64,000 bases of DNA from Acidobacteriaceae bacterium (GCA_036404255.1 DASWOP010000250.1:11393-75392); one strand, 5' to 3'; counted from the first letter of the stretch, positions 26,938-35,796 are shown. Numbers and translations are program-made. The notes: generated by a model from the sequence alone, not told the origin.

Positions 26938-28611
26938 TTAGAAAAACGTCTCGATCTCTTCCAGCGTCTTACCCTTTGTCTCTGGCAGATAGAAAAGTGC
27001 AGTCAGAAAATACACAATGGTGCACGTACCCCAGAACCAGAACATCGCGTAGTACCCAAAGCGGCCCACAACCGGTAGAAACAGCCCAGCAATCAGCGTG
27101 GAAACACCCTGATTGATCAGCAGCGCAACACCCATTCCGTTGGAGCGGATTCGCGTCGGCATCAGCTCCGATAGTGCGAGCCATACCACCACACCGGGCC
27201 CCACTGCGAATGCCGCGATGAATAGCGCAATGCATCCAGCAATCAACCAGCCCGTCGCTTCACTAGGAATCGGACCGTAGTAGGCATGCTCAATCGTCAG
27301 CGCATATGATTTCCCGCTATCGGGCTGAATGCTCAATACCGCGTTCCTGTCAGTACTGACGGCGGTGGCAACCTTATCTCCCGTTCCGTAGCTATATAAG
27401 ACAGTGAGCGCCATTGGCGGGCCGCCCGCAGCCTGCGTACGCAGACTCTGAATTGGCAGCTCCAGCGTGTTCGCACGGACTTGACTCTGCAACTGATTCC
27501 GTACGTCCGCACGGTTCGATTCAAATGCGTGGAATAAGAACCCGGTTGTGCTCAACGCGATGATGATGCCGGCAGTCCCCAACGTCAGCAGGAACTTCCT
27601 GCCCTTCTTATCCACCAGTGCAACCGCCACGATCGTCATAGCGCAGTTCAGCAGCTTCACCGCGAGATCGCCCTGCGTTGCATGCTGTGCGCTCATCCCA
27701 GCCTGCTTCAGAATGATGACCAGATAGCCGAGGATCGAATTGATTCCTGTTGCCTGATTGCAGGCCAGGATGACACATGCAAGCAGAAACGGGATCACAT
27801 ACTTTCGCTGCAGTAGTGAACCGCCGGTCCCGGAAGCCACCTTCTGCCGATTGGTATTCGCATGCTCTTCCATCTCGCGAAACTGTAGCACCGCCTCTTC
27901 CTCTGAAGAAGACCTCTGCAACGCGAGCAATGCATCCTTGGTTCGTCCATGGCGGAAGAGCCAGCGCGGCGTCTCACCAAGAAAGAAACAGCCAATGAAA
28001 AATATGAGCCCCGGATAAACCACGGAGAGAAACATGCTGCGCCATGCATGATTTGCAGCAGCCATGATCAGTCCGGCATTCCCTGCCGCTGCGTCAATAG
28101 CTTTCTCAGCCTGGCCAGTGTAGAACCATCCCACAAATGCTGCGATTGCAATGCCTACGGTCAACATGAACTGGAAGATGGCAGATCCTCTTCCACGGCT
28201 AGTGGCGGGGAGGCACTCGGCAAGATACAGCGGCACCACCACGGCAATGAATCCACCGCTCAACCCCTGTAGCAGCCTGCCTGCTAAAAGCGGAACGAAC
28301 CCCTGTGAAAGCACTATCACGCCAACACTGGCTACAAACAGCAGACCGCTGATGATCATCATGGTCTTGCGTCCCAGCCAATCCGCCAAAAAGCCCGCAA
28401 CCAGCGAGGAGAACATGCTACCTCCCAAAACTGCGGCAACAATGATAGATGTCTGGCCTTGAGTTAGGTTGATGGTCTTTCCCAGATAGAGCAGCGCTGC
28501 TGCAATGATGCCTACGTCAATGCCATAGAGCAGCCCGCCCATCCCCGCAATAAACAGCAGGAAGCGATCGTAAACAACACCCGTGAGTCTGTCGCCAGTT
28601 CTTGCACTCAT
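26938..28611 (-). CDS. MFS sugar-porter-family transporter with ~89-aa periplasmic insertion
   Basis: GRK / GRLLQG motifs, PETPRW and PETKGKTLEEIE sugar-porter signatures. 12 predicted TM segments. Extra segment between TM9 and TM10. Confidence 0.9.
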   Translation of the reverse strand: MSARTGDRLTGVVYDRFLLFIAGMGGLLYGIDVGIIAAALLYLGKTINLTQGQTSIIVAAVLGGSMFSSLVAGFLADWLGRKTMMIISGLLFVASVGVIVLSQGFVPLLAGRLLQGLSGGFIAVVVPLYLAECLPATSRGRGSAIFQFMLTVGIAIAAFVGWFYTGQAEKAIDAAAGNAGLIMAAANHAWRSMFLSVVYPGLIFFIGCFFLGETPRWLFRHGRTKDALLALQRSSSEEEAVLQFREMEEHANTNRQKVASGTGGSLLQRKYVIPFLLACVILACNQATGINSILGYLVIILKQAGMSAQHATQGDLAVKLLNCAMTIVAVALVDKKGRKFLLTLGTAGIIIALSTTGFLFHAFESNRADVRNQLQSQVRANTLELPIQSLRTQAAGGPPMALTVLYSYGTGDKVATAVSTDRNAVLSIQPDSGKSYALTIEHAYYGPIPSEATGWLIAGCIALFIAAFAVGPGVVVWLALSELMPTRIRSNGMGVALLINQGVSTLIAGLFLPVVGRFGYYAMFWFWGTCTIVYFLTALFYLPETKGKTLEEIETFF

Positions 28612-28953
28612 GCCGCGGATTCACTCCCTGCTTGCTTGCGCATCATGCCTGATCAATCTTGTGCAACTGAGGGGAAGATCTTTTGACTAATTCACGCACT
28701 CATATTGATGAATGTGGCATAAACATACTTGACGAAAACAAAAAAAGCAATAAAAAACATAAAAGCATACAAAACAGAATCAAGCTGCGTTCCTGATTCT
28801 GGTTTAAGTCAGATTCCTTTTACGTTCAACCCCGCGCTACTAGGCCCTTTTGTATACTCAAGGCCCGTTGTATCTCGAATGTAGGTGGCCTCTTGCAGCT
28901 CGCTCACAAATACTTTCCACTTCAGGTCATGTCGCTACATCAATTTTCAATTA

Positions 28954-28978
28954 GTGTTCATATATATCACAAATGAAC
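28954..28978. promoter_or_regulatory. Imperfect inverted repeat GTGTTCAT-N11-ATGAAC upstream of the GH56-like gene
   Basis: Read directly. Resembles the GTGTTCA-N13-TGAACAC element at 31324-31350. Confidence 0.3.
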
Positions 28979-29005
28979 TTTCTATCGACTTAATAATGGC
29001 AAATA

Positions 29006-29026
29006 AATCATTTTTATGAAATGATT
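29006..29026. promoter_or_regulatory. Palindrome AATCATTT-N5-AAATGATT, 77 nt upstream of the 29103 start
   Basis: Read directly; 8-bp perfect arms. Confidence 0.3.
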
Positions 29027-29102
29027 CGACGCAAACAACATCACCTTCCGTGCGGGAAGTGCCGCCGGCTAACTATCTGCCACATAAATCAGGAGTTCCC
29101 AT

Positions 29103-29975
29103 ATGACATTGTTCCGGAAAATAAGCCTGCTCATTCTGCTCTTTGCGATGGGGATGGTCTTCCCTTGTCCTGCTCAGACATCCCCCAAAAAGTTCACCAT
29201 CTATGAGTTCATTCCCTACCGTGACCACGTTGCCGGCAGCGAAATTACTCGCGTCCCTTCATTGGATCAATATCTGGAGACTCTCGGCATTCATCGCATC
29301 AAAGTCATCTATCTTGATCGCTTCATGACCAACGATCAGCCTGACGAAAAGAAGATCGAGACCATCGCCAAATCCGCAATCGGATCGCCCAACATCCCCG
29401 TCTCTTTCGATACGGAGCTCGGAGACCGCTTTCACCCGGAGACTGTGATCCCACGCGTCAGCGACATTCTCAGCATCTATCACCGCTACAACACCGTCAC
29501 ACCGGCCGGCGTATATGCCACGGCCCCCCAGAATACCTACGCCTGGAAACCGGATATCAACCGTTTTGACTCGCTGAATGAAAGCTACCGCACCATTGCC
29601 CAGCAGATCGATTTCCTCAGCCCCGTGCTCTACAACTACGAGGGCACCGACATCGAAGCTTGGAAGCGCGCAGCAGTGTACAACATTGATGCTGCGAAGA
29701 AATATCAGACCGGCAAGCGGATACTTCCCTACATCAGCGTCATCATCCGGCTGCAGTCCTCTGGCAAAGATGACAACAGCCAGCACGGGGCAATCCGTAC
29801 GCTGACGGAAGCCGAGATGCTGACACGATTGCAGACCATTTACGAGCTCGGCGCGGATGGCTGCATTGTGTGGGCCAGCAGCGGCGACCGGACGTTGGAT
29901 GGCAAGGTGCCCGTCTTCGATCGCAATAGCGGTTGGGGCAAAGCACTCGCCGATTTCGCGAAAGCTCATCCGTAG
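29103..29975 (+). CDS. Small secreted protein with GH56-like (animal hyaluronidase-like) motif order
   Basis: Signal peptide MTLFRKISLLILLFAMGMVFPCPAQ. Blocks PVSFDTELG, PAGVYATAP, FLSPVLYNY, ILPYISV and LGADGCIVWASSGD. Homologous to the C-terminal 233 aa of the 15900-19082 product. The antisense 236-aa ORF was rejected. Confidence 0.6.
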   Translation: MTLFRKISLLILLFAMGMVFPCPAQTSPKKFTIYEFIPYRDHVAGSEITRVPSLDQYLETLGIHRIKVIYLDRFMTNDQPDEKKIETIAKSAIGSPNIPVSFDTELGDRFHPETVIPRVSDILSIYHRYNTVTPAGVYATAPQNTYAWKPDINRFDSLNESYRTIAQQIDFLSPVLYNYEGTDIEAWKRAAVYNIDAAKKYQTGKRILPYISVIIRLQSSGKDDNSQHGAIRTLTEAEMLTRLQTIYELGADGCIVWASSGDRTLDGKVPVFDRNSGWGKALADFAKAHP

Positions 29976-29999
29976 ACAGCCATACCGTGCTCAGGCAAT

Positions 30000-30420
30000 T
30001 CAGCGTGGATCAAAGCAGCAGCGCTTGGCTTTCTTGCCGCTGCCGCATGAGCACGACTCAATGGGATTGCAGAAGTGTTTATACCTTGCGCAGAGATAGT
30101 TCAACCCCGGCTCGCCATCCGGTGTCTTTGGAAAGCGGTCCTTGGGACACTCACCATTGCAGGCGAGACGCACTCCTCAACTCTTGCAGTATTGCGGTAG
30201 AGCATCCAGTTTTGCTTTGCCCGAATTCATGCTGTTCCGGTGAATCCACCAATGGTACGTAGCGACGTCTCCATGTGTTGCCCAGCTTGTTTTCCGGATA
30301 TACAAAATGATCGCGGGAGTAGACATCGCCCTTGTGTTCCATGGCAAGCCCTGACCGCCAACGCGCATGGCAACAGCATCCCGCTTGCAGCTGGCCAACA
30401 TCCTCAGCTGGGAGCCATTG
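30000..30420 (-). pseudogene. Remnant of an anaerobic sulfatase-maturating enzyme (radical-SAM/SPASM, AslB/AtsB-like); C-terminal third only
   Basis: Three pieces read on the minus strand: ...CHARWRSGLAMEHKGDVYSRDHFVYPENKLGN...DSPEQHEFG, then a frameshift, then AKLDALPQYCKS-TGA(30177-30179)[35 protein letters not shown]...[12 protein letters not shown]. Colinear with recalled E. coli AslB (SLYSCDHYVYP...DSPQQQAFG...LPAQCRSCNVLKACWGGCPKHRF...GLNYLC). There is no room for the N-terminal CxxxCxxC domain because the DeoR stop is at 30457. Confidence 0.75.
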
Positions 30421-30456
30421 TCACACTGCTATCTGTAGCAAATGCTGCACCGCAGC

Positions 30457-31242
30457 TCAGGCGCGAATGACCTGAATCCCCTTGGCGATAAACGCTTCGT
30501 ACGCTTCGTCGGAGATGCCAGTATCGGTCACCAGAATATTTACGGCTGAAAGCTGGCAGATCAGCGCCGGGCTTACATGGCCGATCTTGCTGGAGTCAGC
30601 CACCACAATCACCTGTTTGGACTGCCGGATCATGGCCTGTGAAACGTTGGCCTCCTCCGGCTCCAGCGTCGTGATTCCCCGCTCGATATCCACGCCTGTC
30701 ACTCCAATAAACACCTTGTCAAGATACACATCTTTCAGCGAGTTAATCGCAGACTGTCCTATCAGAGCGAATGTCCACACCCATGCAATGCTGCCGCCCG
30801 TCAGCGTGGTCTTGATAGCCGGCTGATTGCACAGCTCCATGCCCACATTCAGCGCATTGGTCACCACTGAAATGCCTTGGCGATGCCGCAGCGAACGCCC
30901 GATCTGCGTGGTGGTAGTGCTGGCATTCAGTCCGATCACTTCCGGCTCCGATATCAGCTGCGCTGCGGCCAGACCGATACGGCGCTTTTCGTCAGCGCCT
31001 CGCAACTCACGTGCCTGAAACGAAGTATCGTGGCGAAAGGGCTCGTACAACAGAGGTTCTACCAGGGTGGCGCCGCCATGGGTGCGCCTGATCAGACCAC
31101 GCTTCTCCAGACGCGCCAGATCGCGGCGCATGCTTGGAGCAGAGATTCCGACCTGTTCCACGAGGTCTTGAACTGAGATATCGCCTGCCCGCAGAATCGC
31201 TTTCATGATGCGGTCGCAACGTTCATCGATCTTTCGTGACAT
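30457..31242 (-). CDS. DeoR-family transcriptional regulator
   Basis: HTH VQDLVEQVGISAPSMRRDLARLE...RTHGGA and a DeoR C-terminal domain. Divergent from the GlcNAc operon. Confidence 0.9.
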   Translation of the reverse strand: MSRKIDERCDRIMKAILRAGDISVQDLVEQVGISAPSMRRDLARLEKRGLIRRTHGGATLVEPLLYEPFRHDTSFQARELRGADEKRRIGLAAAQLISEPEVIGLNASTTTTQIGRSLRHRQGISVVTNALNVGMELCNQPAIKTTLTGGSIAWVWTFALIGQSAINSLKDVYLDKVFIGVTGVDIERGITTLEPEEANVSQAMIRQSKQVIVVADSSKIGHVSPALICQLSAVNILVTDTGISDEAYEAFIAKGIQVIRA

Positions 31243-31323
31243 GGCTTTTTCTCACTAACCCCAATGGAAAATATAGCAAATTAACCATTTTCACATTGAC
31301 ATATCGCTAATAAGCTCAAAAAT

Positions 31324-31350
31324 GTGTTCAAATATGGCATAAATGAACAC
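31324..31350. promoter_or_regulatory. Perfect inverted repeat GTGTTCA-N13-TGAACAC overlapping the ATG (31343) of the first GlcNAc-operon gene; candidate DeoR operator
   Basis: Read directly; 7-bp arms. Lies in the 100-nt divergent region next to the DeoR gene. Confidence 0.45.
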
Positions 31351-32515
31351 TAACGTAGAATCCGCGCCTATAACTGCCTCTTCCAAGATGCAAGACCCGT
31401 CGCCCTATCCCCACTGGATGCTCAAGGAGATCCACGAGCAACCCCAGGTTCTACAGGCCACACTTGAACAATATATCGATACCGGCGGCTTTCGTGCCGC
31501 TGTCTGTGCTCCGCTGCGCCAATGGCTGCGCGAGGCACATCGTGAGGTCGTCATTGCAGCCAGCGGCTCCAGCCGGCATGCAGGCATGGCTGGCGAGATC
31601 ATGATCGAAGACCGCACCAGCATTGCAGTGGATGTCGAGTACGCGAGCGAATACTGCTATCGCCGCGAATCGGCCACCAAGCAGGCCGCCGTCCTTGTAA
31701 TCTCACAATCCGGCGAAACCGCAGACACTCTGGCCGCCTTGCGCAAGGCTCACCGCGCAGGCCACCAGACGCTGGCCATCACCAATGTGCACAACTCCAC
31801 CATGGCACGCGAGGCCACCGTATCCTTTCCCACCGCCGCCGGACGTGAACGCGCCATTCCCGCCACCAAGAGTTTCACCGCGCAGCTTATGAATCTGTAT
31901 CTGCTCTCGCTGCTCGCAGCAGAGGCTGCACGCACATTGAGTTCTGCGGAGCTCAAAACATTACTCTCAGATCTCGCCGGATTGCCTGCACTGGTAAGCG
32001 CACAACTGCAGGGCTGGGAAAGCACCGTGCGCAGCATTGCGGCGCAGATCCATGACGTAAAAAATCTGCTCTTCCTGGGTCGCGGCATTCATTACCCCAT
32101 CGCCCGCGAAGGCGCGCTCAAATTAAAGGAGTCCGCCTATCTGCATGCCGAAGGCTACCCCAGTGGGGAGCTGAAGCACGGGCCCAACGCCCTGGTAAGT
32201 CCGAATACGCCGCTGGTCATGTTGGCAACGGTAGACCATGCTGATGCCGAATCCGCGCAACGTTATCAGAAGACGCTACAGCTCATGCGCGACATGCGCC
32301 AGCAGGGCGCACTGATCGTTACCGTCGCGAATACCGGCGATACAGAAGTCTCCGCCATTGCCAACCACACAATCTTTGTCACTCCGGCCAGCGAGGCTCT
32401 GCTCTCCATCTGCGAAGTCATTCCGCTGCAGATCCTCTCATACTGCATGGCCATCCAGAACGGCATCGATGTAGACCATCCACGCAACCTGACCAAGGCT
32501 GTGCTCACGGAGTAG
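31343..32515 (+). CDS. GlmS-like double-SIS protein without glutaminase domain (NagB-II type glucosamine-6-P deaminase/isomerase)
   Basis: VIAASGSSRHAG, VISQSGETADTLAAL and KLKESAYLHAEGYPSGELKHGP, as in the GlmS isomerase half. Confidence 0.85.
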   Translation: MNTNVESAPITASSKMQDPSPYPHWMLKEIHEQPQVLQATLEQYIDTGGFRAAVCAPLRQWLREAHREVVIAASGSSRHAGMAGEIMIEDRTSIAVDVEYASEYCYRRESATKQAAVLVISQSGETADTLAALRKAHRAGHQTLAITNVHNSTMAREATVSFPTAAGRERAIPATKSFTAQLMNLYLLSLLAAEAARTLSSAELKTLLSDLAGLPALVSAQLQGWESTVRSIAAQIHDVKNLLFLGRGIHYPIAREGALKLKESAYLHAEGYPSGELKHGPNALVSPNTPLVMLATVDHADAESAQRYQKTLQLMRDMRQQGALIVTVANTGDTEVSAIANHTIFVTPASEALLSICEVIPLQILSYCMAIQNGIDVDHPRNLTKAVLTE

Positions 32516-32519
32516 CAGA

Positions 32520-33437
32520 ATGAGCTTCTATCTTGCAGTAGATGCCGGCGGCACCAAGGCAGACTTCGTTCTCGCCGATACCACGCGCGAACTAGCCCGC
32601 GCCCGCTCCGGCACCATCAAGCGCATGCGCACCGATGAAGCAACTGTGCGCAACAATCTGGAGTCTGCGCTCAGCGAATTAACCGCCCGGACAGGCATCG
32701 CGATGGACGCCATCACCCGTACCTGCATCGGCACCGCCGGCGAAACAGTGCCTCTGGTCACGGATTGGCTGCGCGACGCATTCAGCTCCCGGGTTGGCGG
32801 TGACTTGCTTCTGCTAGGAGATGCAGAGATCGCGCTCGATGCCGCCTCTCCCGGTGCGGCAGGCGTACTCGTGCTGGCAGGAACCGGCTCCAACGTGGCA
32901 GGCCGCAGCAGCACTGGCCAGATCATCTCCGCCGGCGGATATGGCCCCGTGCTCGCGGAGCAAGGCTCCGGCTATAGGATCGGATATGAGGCACTGCGAG
33001 CGCTCTTCCTCGCGCGCGATGAAGGCCGCACCACATCGCTGCAGCCCGCGATACTCCAATTCTGGCAGCTCAACTCCATCGATCAACTAGTGGCACATGC
33101 CAATAGCCTGCCCGCACCCGACTTCTCCCAGCTCGCCGGTCTGGTGTTGCAGTGCGCCAATCAGGGTGACGAAATTGCCGCTGCCGTTCTGCGCAGACAG
33201 GGCATGGAACTTGGATTCCTTGTGCGCCTTATCATTCGCCGCCTGAAGACGCTGAATCCACCGGAGTGGATACCCTCCATCGCATTTGCCGGCAGCATCA
33301 TGGAGCGCGTTGCCCCCGTTCGCAATGCGCTCATCGAAGCAGTCCAGTATGAATTTCCTGAAGCACAAGCATTAAGCGGCGTAGTGGACCCAGTTTGCGG
33401 TGCACTCTGGCGCGCACGAAACAGCAGTACAAATTGA
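32520..33437 (+). CDS. BadF/BadG/BcrA/BcrD-type ATPase, N-acetylglucosamine kinase-like
   Basis: LAVDAGGTKADFVLAD and LVLAGTGSNVAG phosphate-binding motifs. 4 nt after the upstream stop. Confidence 0.8.
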   Translation: MSFYLAVDAGGTKADFVLADTTRELARARSGTIKRMRTDEATVRNNLESALSELTARTGIAMDAITRTCIGTAGETVPLVTDWLRDAFSSRVGGDLLLLGDAEIALDAASPGAAGVLVLAGTGSNVAGRSSTGQIISAGGYGPVLAEQGSGYRIGYEALRALFLARDEGRTTSLQPAILQFWQLNSIDQLVAHANSLPAPDFSQLAGLVLQCANQGDEIAAAVLRRQGMELGFLVRLIIRRLKTLNPPEWIPSIAFAGSIMERVAPVRNALIEAVQYEFPEAQALSGVVDPVCGALWRARNSSTN

Positions 33438-33451
33438 GCAGGAGGCATCAC

Positions 33452-35791
33452 TTGAAACAAGCATCTGGAATCAGGAATCACGCGAGCCGGTCTCTGCGAA
33501 TCGCAATTGCTCTGCTGGCCTCTGCGCTTTGCGCCCCAAATGCAGCACGCGCACAGTCCCCTTCCGTCATTCCCCTTCCGCTCTCTGCCACACCGGCTGC
33601 CGGCACACTGCAGGTCAAGGATGGCGCCGCCATTGTCTATCCTGAAGGCGATACTGCCGCGCGCTTCGCCGCCGAACATCTGGTAGATCTGTTGCAACAC
33701 ACTCGCGGCCTGCATCTGGTCACAAAGCCCGTCCGCGCCGGAGCACCATCGCATGCGCTGATCACCATCACGCGCGCTGCGTCCGCCGCACCGAAAGAAT
33801 CCTACGATCTCGCGGTCACCACTGCCTCGATCACCATCTCTGCCGCAGATGACGCCGGCATCTACTACGGCACTATCTCCCTATGGCAGTTGCTGACCGC
33901 GACAGATGCTCGCGGTCCCGCCGAACTGCAATGCGTCAGCATTCACGATGCACCGCAGATGCAGTGGCGCGGCATCATGCTGGATTCAGCTCGGCACATG
34001 CAATCCATTCAATTTATTCAGCAACTCATTGACTGGATGTCACTGGAGAAGCTGAACGTCCTGCACTGGCACCTAACGGATGATCAGGGATGGCGGCTTG
34101 AGATCAAACAGTATCCCAGGCTAACCTCGGTCGGTGCATGGCGTGAGCTTACATCCACCTCTCCCACAATGGACGAAGCGACACGCAAGTCGCACCACTA
34201 CGGCGGCTACTATTCGCAGGATGAAGTGCGCAAGTTGGTCGCCTATGCGGCACAGCGTAACGTCATGATCGTGCCAGAGATCGAGATGCCCGGGCATGCC
34301 TCTGCGCCTCTGGCCGCTTACCCGGAGTTCGGCTCGTCTGACGCGCACCTGAAAGCGTCCGTCAGCGAATACGGCATCTTTCCCACGCTCTACAACGTGA
34401 ACGACGCCACCTTCACCTTCATCGAAAATATTCTGACCGAAGTGATGCAACTCTTCCCCAGCCCTTACATTCACGTGGGCGGCGATGAAGCCATCAAGGA
34501 CCAGTGGAAAGCATCGCCGCAGATTCAAGCGCAGATGAAACAGCTCGGCATCCACAATGAAGATGAACTGCAGAGCTACTTCATCAAGCGGATTGATACC
34601 TTCCTCACCGCGCATCACCGCCGCACGCTCGGCTGGGACGAGATACTCCAGGGCGGCCTAGCGCAGAATGCCGCGGTCATGTCGTGGCACGGTGTGCAGG
34701 GTGGCATCGACGCGGCCAGGCAGGGACATGATGCGGTGCTGACTCCGACGCGTCCCTTGTACTTCAACTACCGCCAGAGCGATGCGGCTGACGAAGCCCC
34801 GGGCCGCTGGGCGATTAATACGCTCTCTAACGTGTACGCCTTCAATCCCACGCCGGACGCGCTCACCGTAGACGAGCGCAAACATATTCTTGGCGTACAG
34901 GCGAACCTTTGGACCGAATACATCATCACCGCAGACCGCGCGCAATGGATGCTCTTTCCCCGTGCCGCCGCCCTGGCAGAGATCGCCTGGTCCACTCCCG
35001 CGCGCCGTAGCTGGAATGATTTCCAAACGCGCCTCCCGGCCGAGATGCATCGCTATCGCGCGCTCGGAATCAACTTCGATCCCGCTGCATTCCGTGTGCG
35101 CAGCGCAGAGAAATTGGAACCGGACCACACCCACGTCACAGTTCACCTCAGCAACCAGACCAGTTTCGGAACGCTGCGCTATACCACCAATGGCTCGCCC
35201 GTCACTGCCTCCTCTGCGCAGTATGATGGTCCGCTCACCCTCTCCCTCCCCACACATTTGCGCGCTGCGGCATTTCTGCAGACCCCCATTCCCGGCAGCG
35301 AACTAGATCGCCCGCTGAATGCTCTCTCCGTCAGCCGCCGCTACAGCCAGGAGATGAACCTCTGCGTCAATGAAGCTTTCATCGCGATGGAACCCGACCC
35401 CATACAACCAGGCCGCCCTGTCGTGATGACGAACTACAAAAATCCTTGCTGGATTTACAAGGCCGCGGATCTGACCGGTGTGAAGGCCATCTCCGCTGGA
35501 GTCGTCAGCCTGGCCTACGTCTTCCGCGACAGGAACACCGCACCCCCACCACTCGGGAAATCGCACACCGCGCACGGTGAGATTGAAGTTCACATGGATA
35601 CCTGCACCGGTAAGCTGGTGGCAACACTGCCGCTCCCCACGGCAAACCACGCCGGCGTAACATCGCTGCAAACGCCACTGCAGAATTTGCAGGGAATCCA
35701 CGACCTTTGCTTGAAAGTTGTACGCCCCACCGTCAATCCCTTGTGGGTAATCGACTGGGCACAGTTAGACCCGGCCACGGAGAGCCGATAG
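33452..35791 (+). CDS. GH20 beta-N-acetylhexosaminidase with C-terminal accessory (CBM-like) domain
   Basis: LNVLHWHLTDDQGWRLEIKQYP and IHVGGDEA catalytic blocks. Likely TTG start at 33452, 6 nt after AGGAGG (33440-33445), giving the signal peptide LKQASGIRNH...APNAARAQS. The track start at 33395 overlaps the kinase gene. Confidence 0.9.
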   Translation: MKQASGIRNHASRSLRIAIALLASALCAPNAARAQSPSVIPLPLSATPAAGTLQVKDGAAIVYPEGDTAARFAAEHLVDLLQHTRGLHLVTKPVRAGAPSHALITITRAASAAPKESYDLAVTTASITISAADDAGIYYGTISLWQLLTATDARGPAELQCVSIHDAPQMQWRGIMLDSARHMQSIQFIQQLIDWMSLEKLNVLHWHLTDDQGWRLEIKQYPRLTSVGAWRELTSTSPTMDEATRKSHHYGGYYSQDEVRKLVAYAAQRNVMIVPEIEMPGHASAPLAAYPEFGSSDAHLKASVSEYGIFPTLYNVNDATFTFIENILTEVMQLFPSPYIHVGGDEAIKDQWKASPQIQAQMKQLGIHNEDELQSYFIKRIDTFLTAHHRRTLGWDEILQGGLAQNAAVMSWHGVQGGIDAARQGHDAVLTPTRPLYFNYRQSDAADEAPGRWAINTLSNVYAFNPTPDALTVDERKHILGVQANLWTEYIITADRAQWMLFPRAAALAEIAWSTPARRSWNDFQTRLPAEMHRYRALGINFDPAAFRVRSAEKLEPDHTHVTVHLSNQTSFGTLRYTTNGSPVTASSAQYDGPLTLSLPTHLRAAAFLQTPIPGSELDRPLNALSVSRRYSQEMNLCVNEAFIAMEPDPIQPGRPVVMTNYKNPCWIYKAADLTGVKAISAGVVSLAYVFRDRNTAPPPLGKSHTAHGEIEVHMDTCTGKLVATLPLPTANHAGVTSLQTPLQNLQGIHDLCLKVVRPTVNPLWVIDWAQLDPATESR

Positions 35792-35796
35792 CTACT

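Noticed and set aside
28711-28728. TGGCATAAA motifs (also at 31335-31343) read as sigma-54 -24/-12 promoters
   Set aside because: There is no GC element at the required 10-nt spacing after the GG (TGGCAT-N8-TTGAC does not fit TGGCAC-N5-TTGC). They are more likely part of an operator or a sigma-70-type promoter.
30177-30179. The in-frame TGA at a conserved Cys position of the maturase, read as selenocysteine
   Set aside because: The same gene also has a frameshift, a Cys-to-Arg change in another conserved block, and lacks its whole radical-SAM N-domain. No SECIS-like hairpin is obvious downstream and no selC is present. A pseudogene is the simpler reading.
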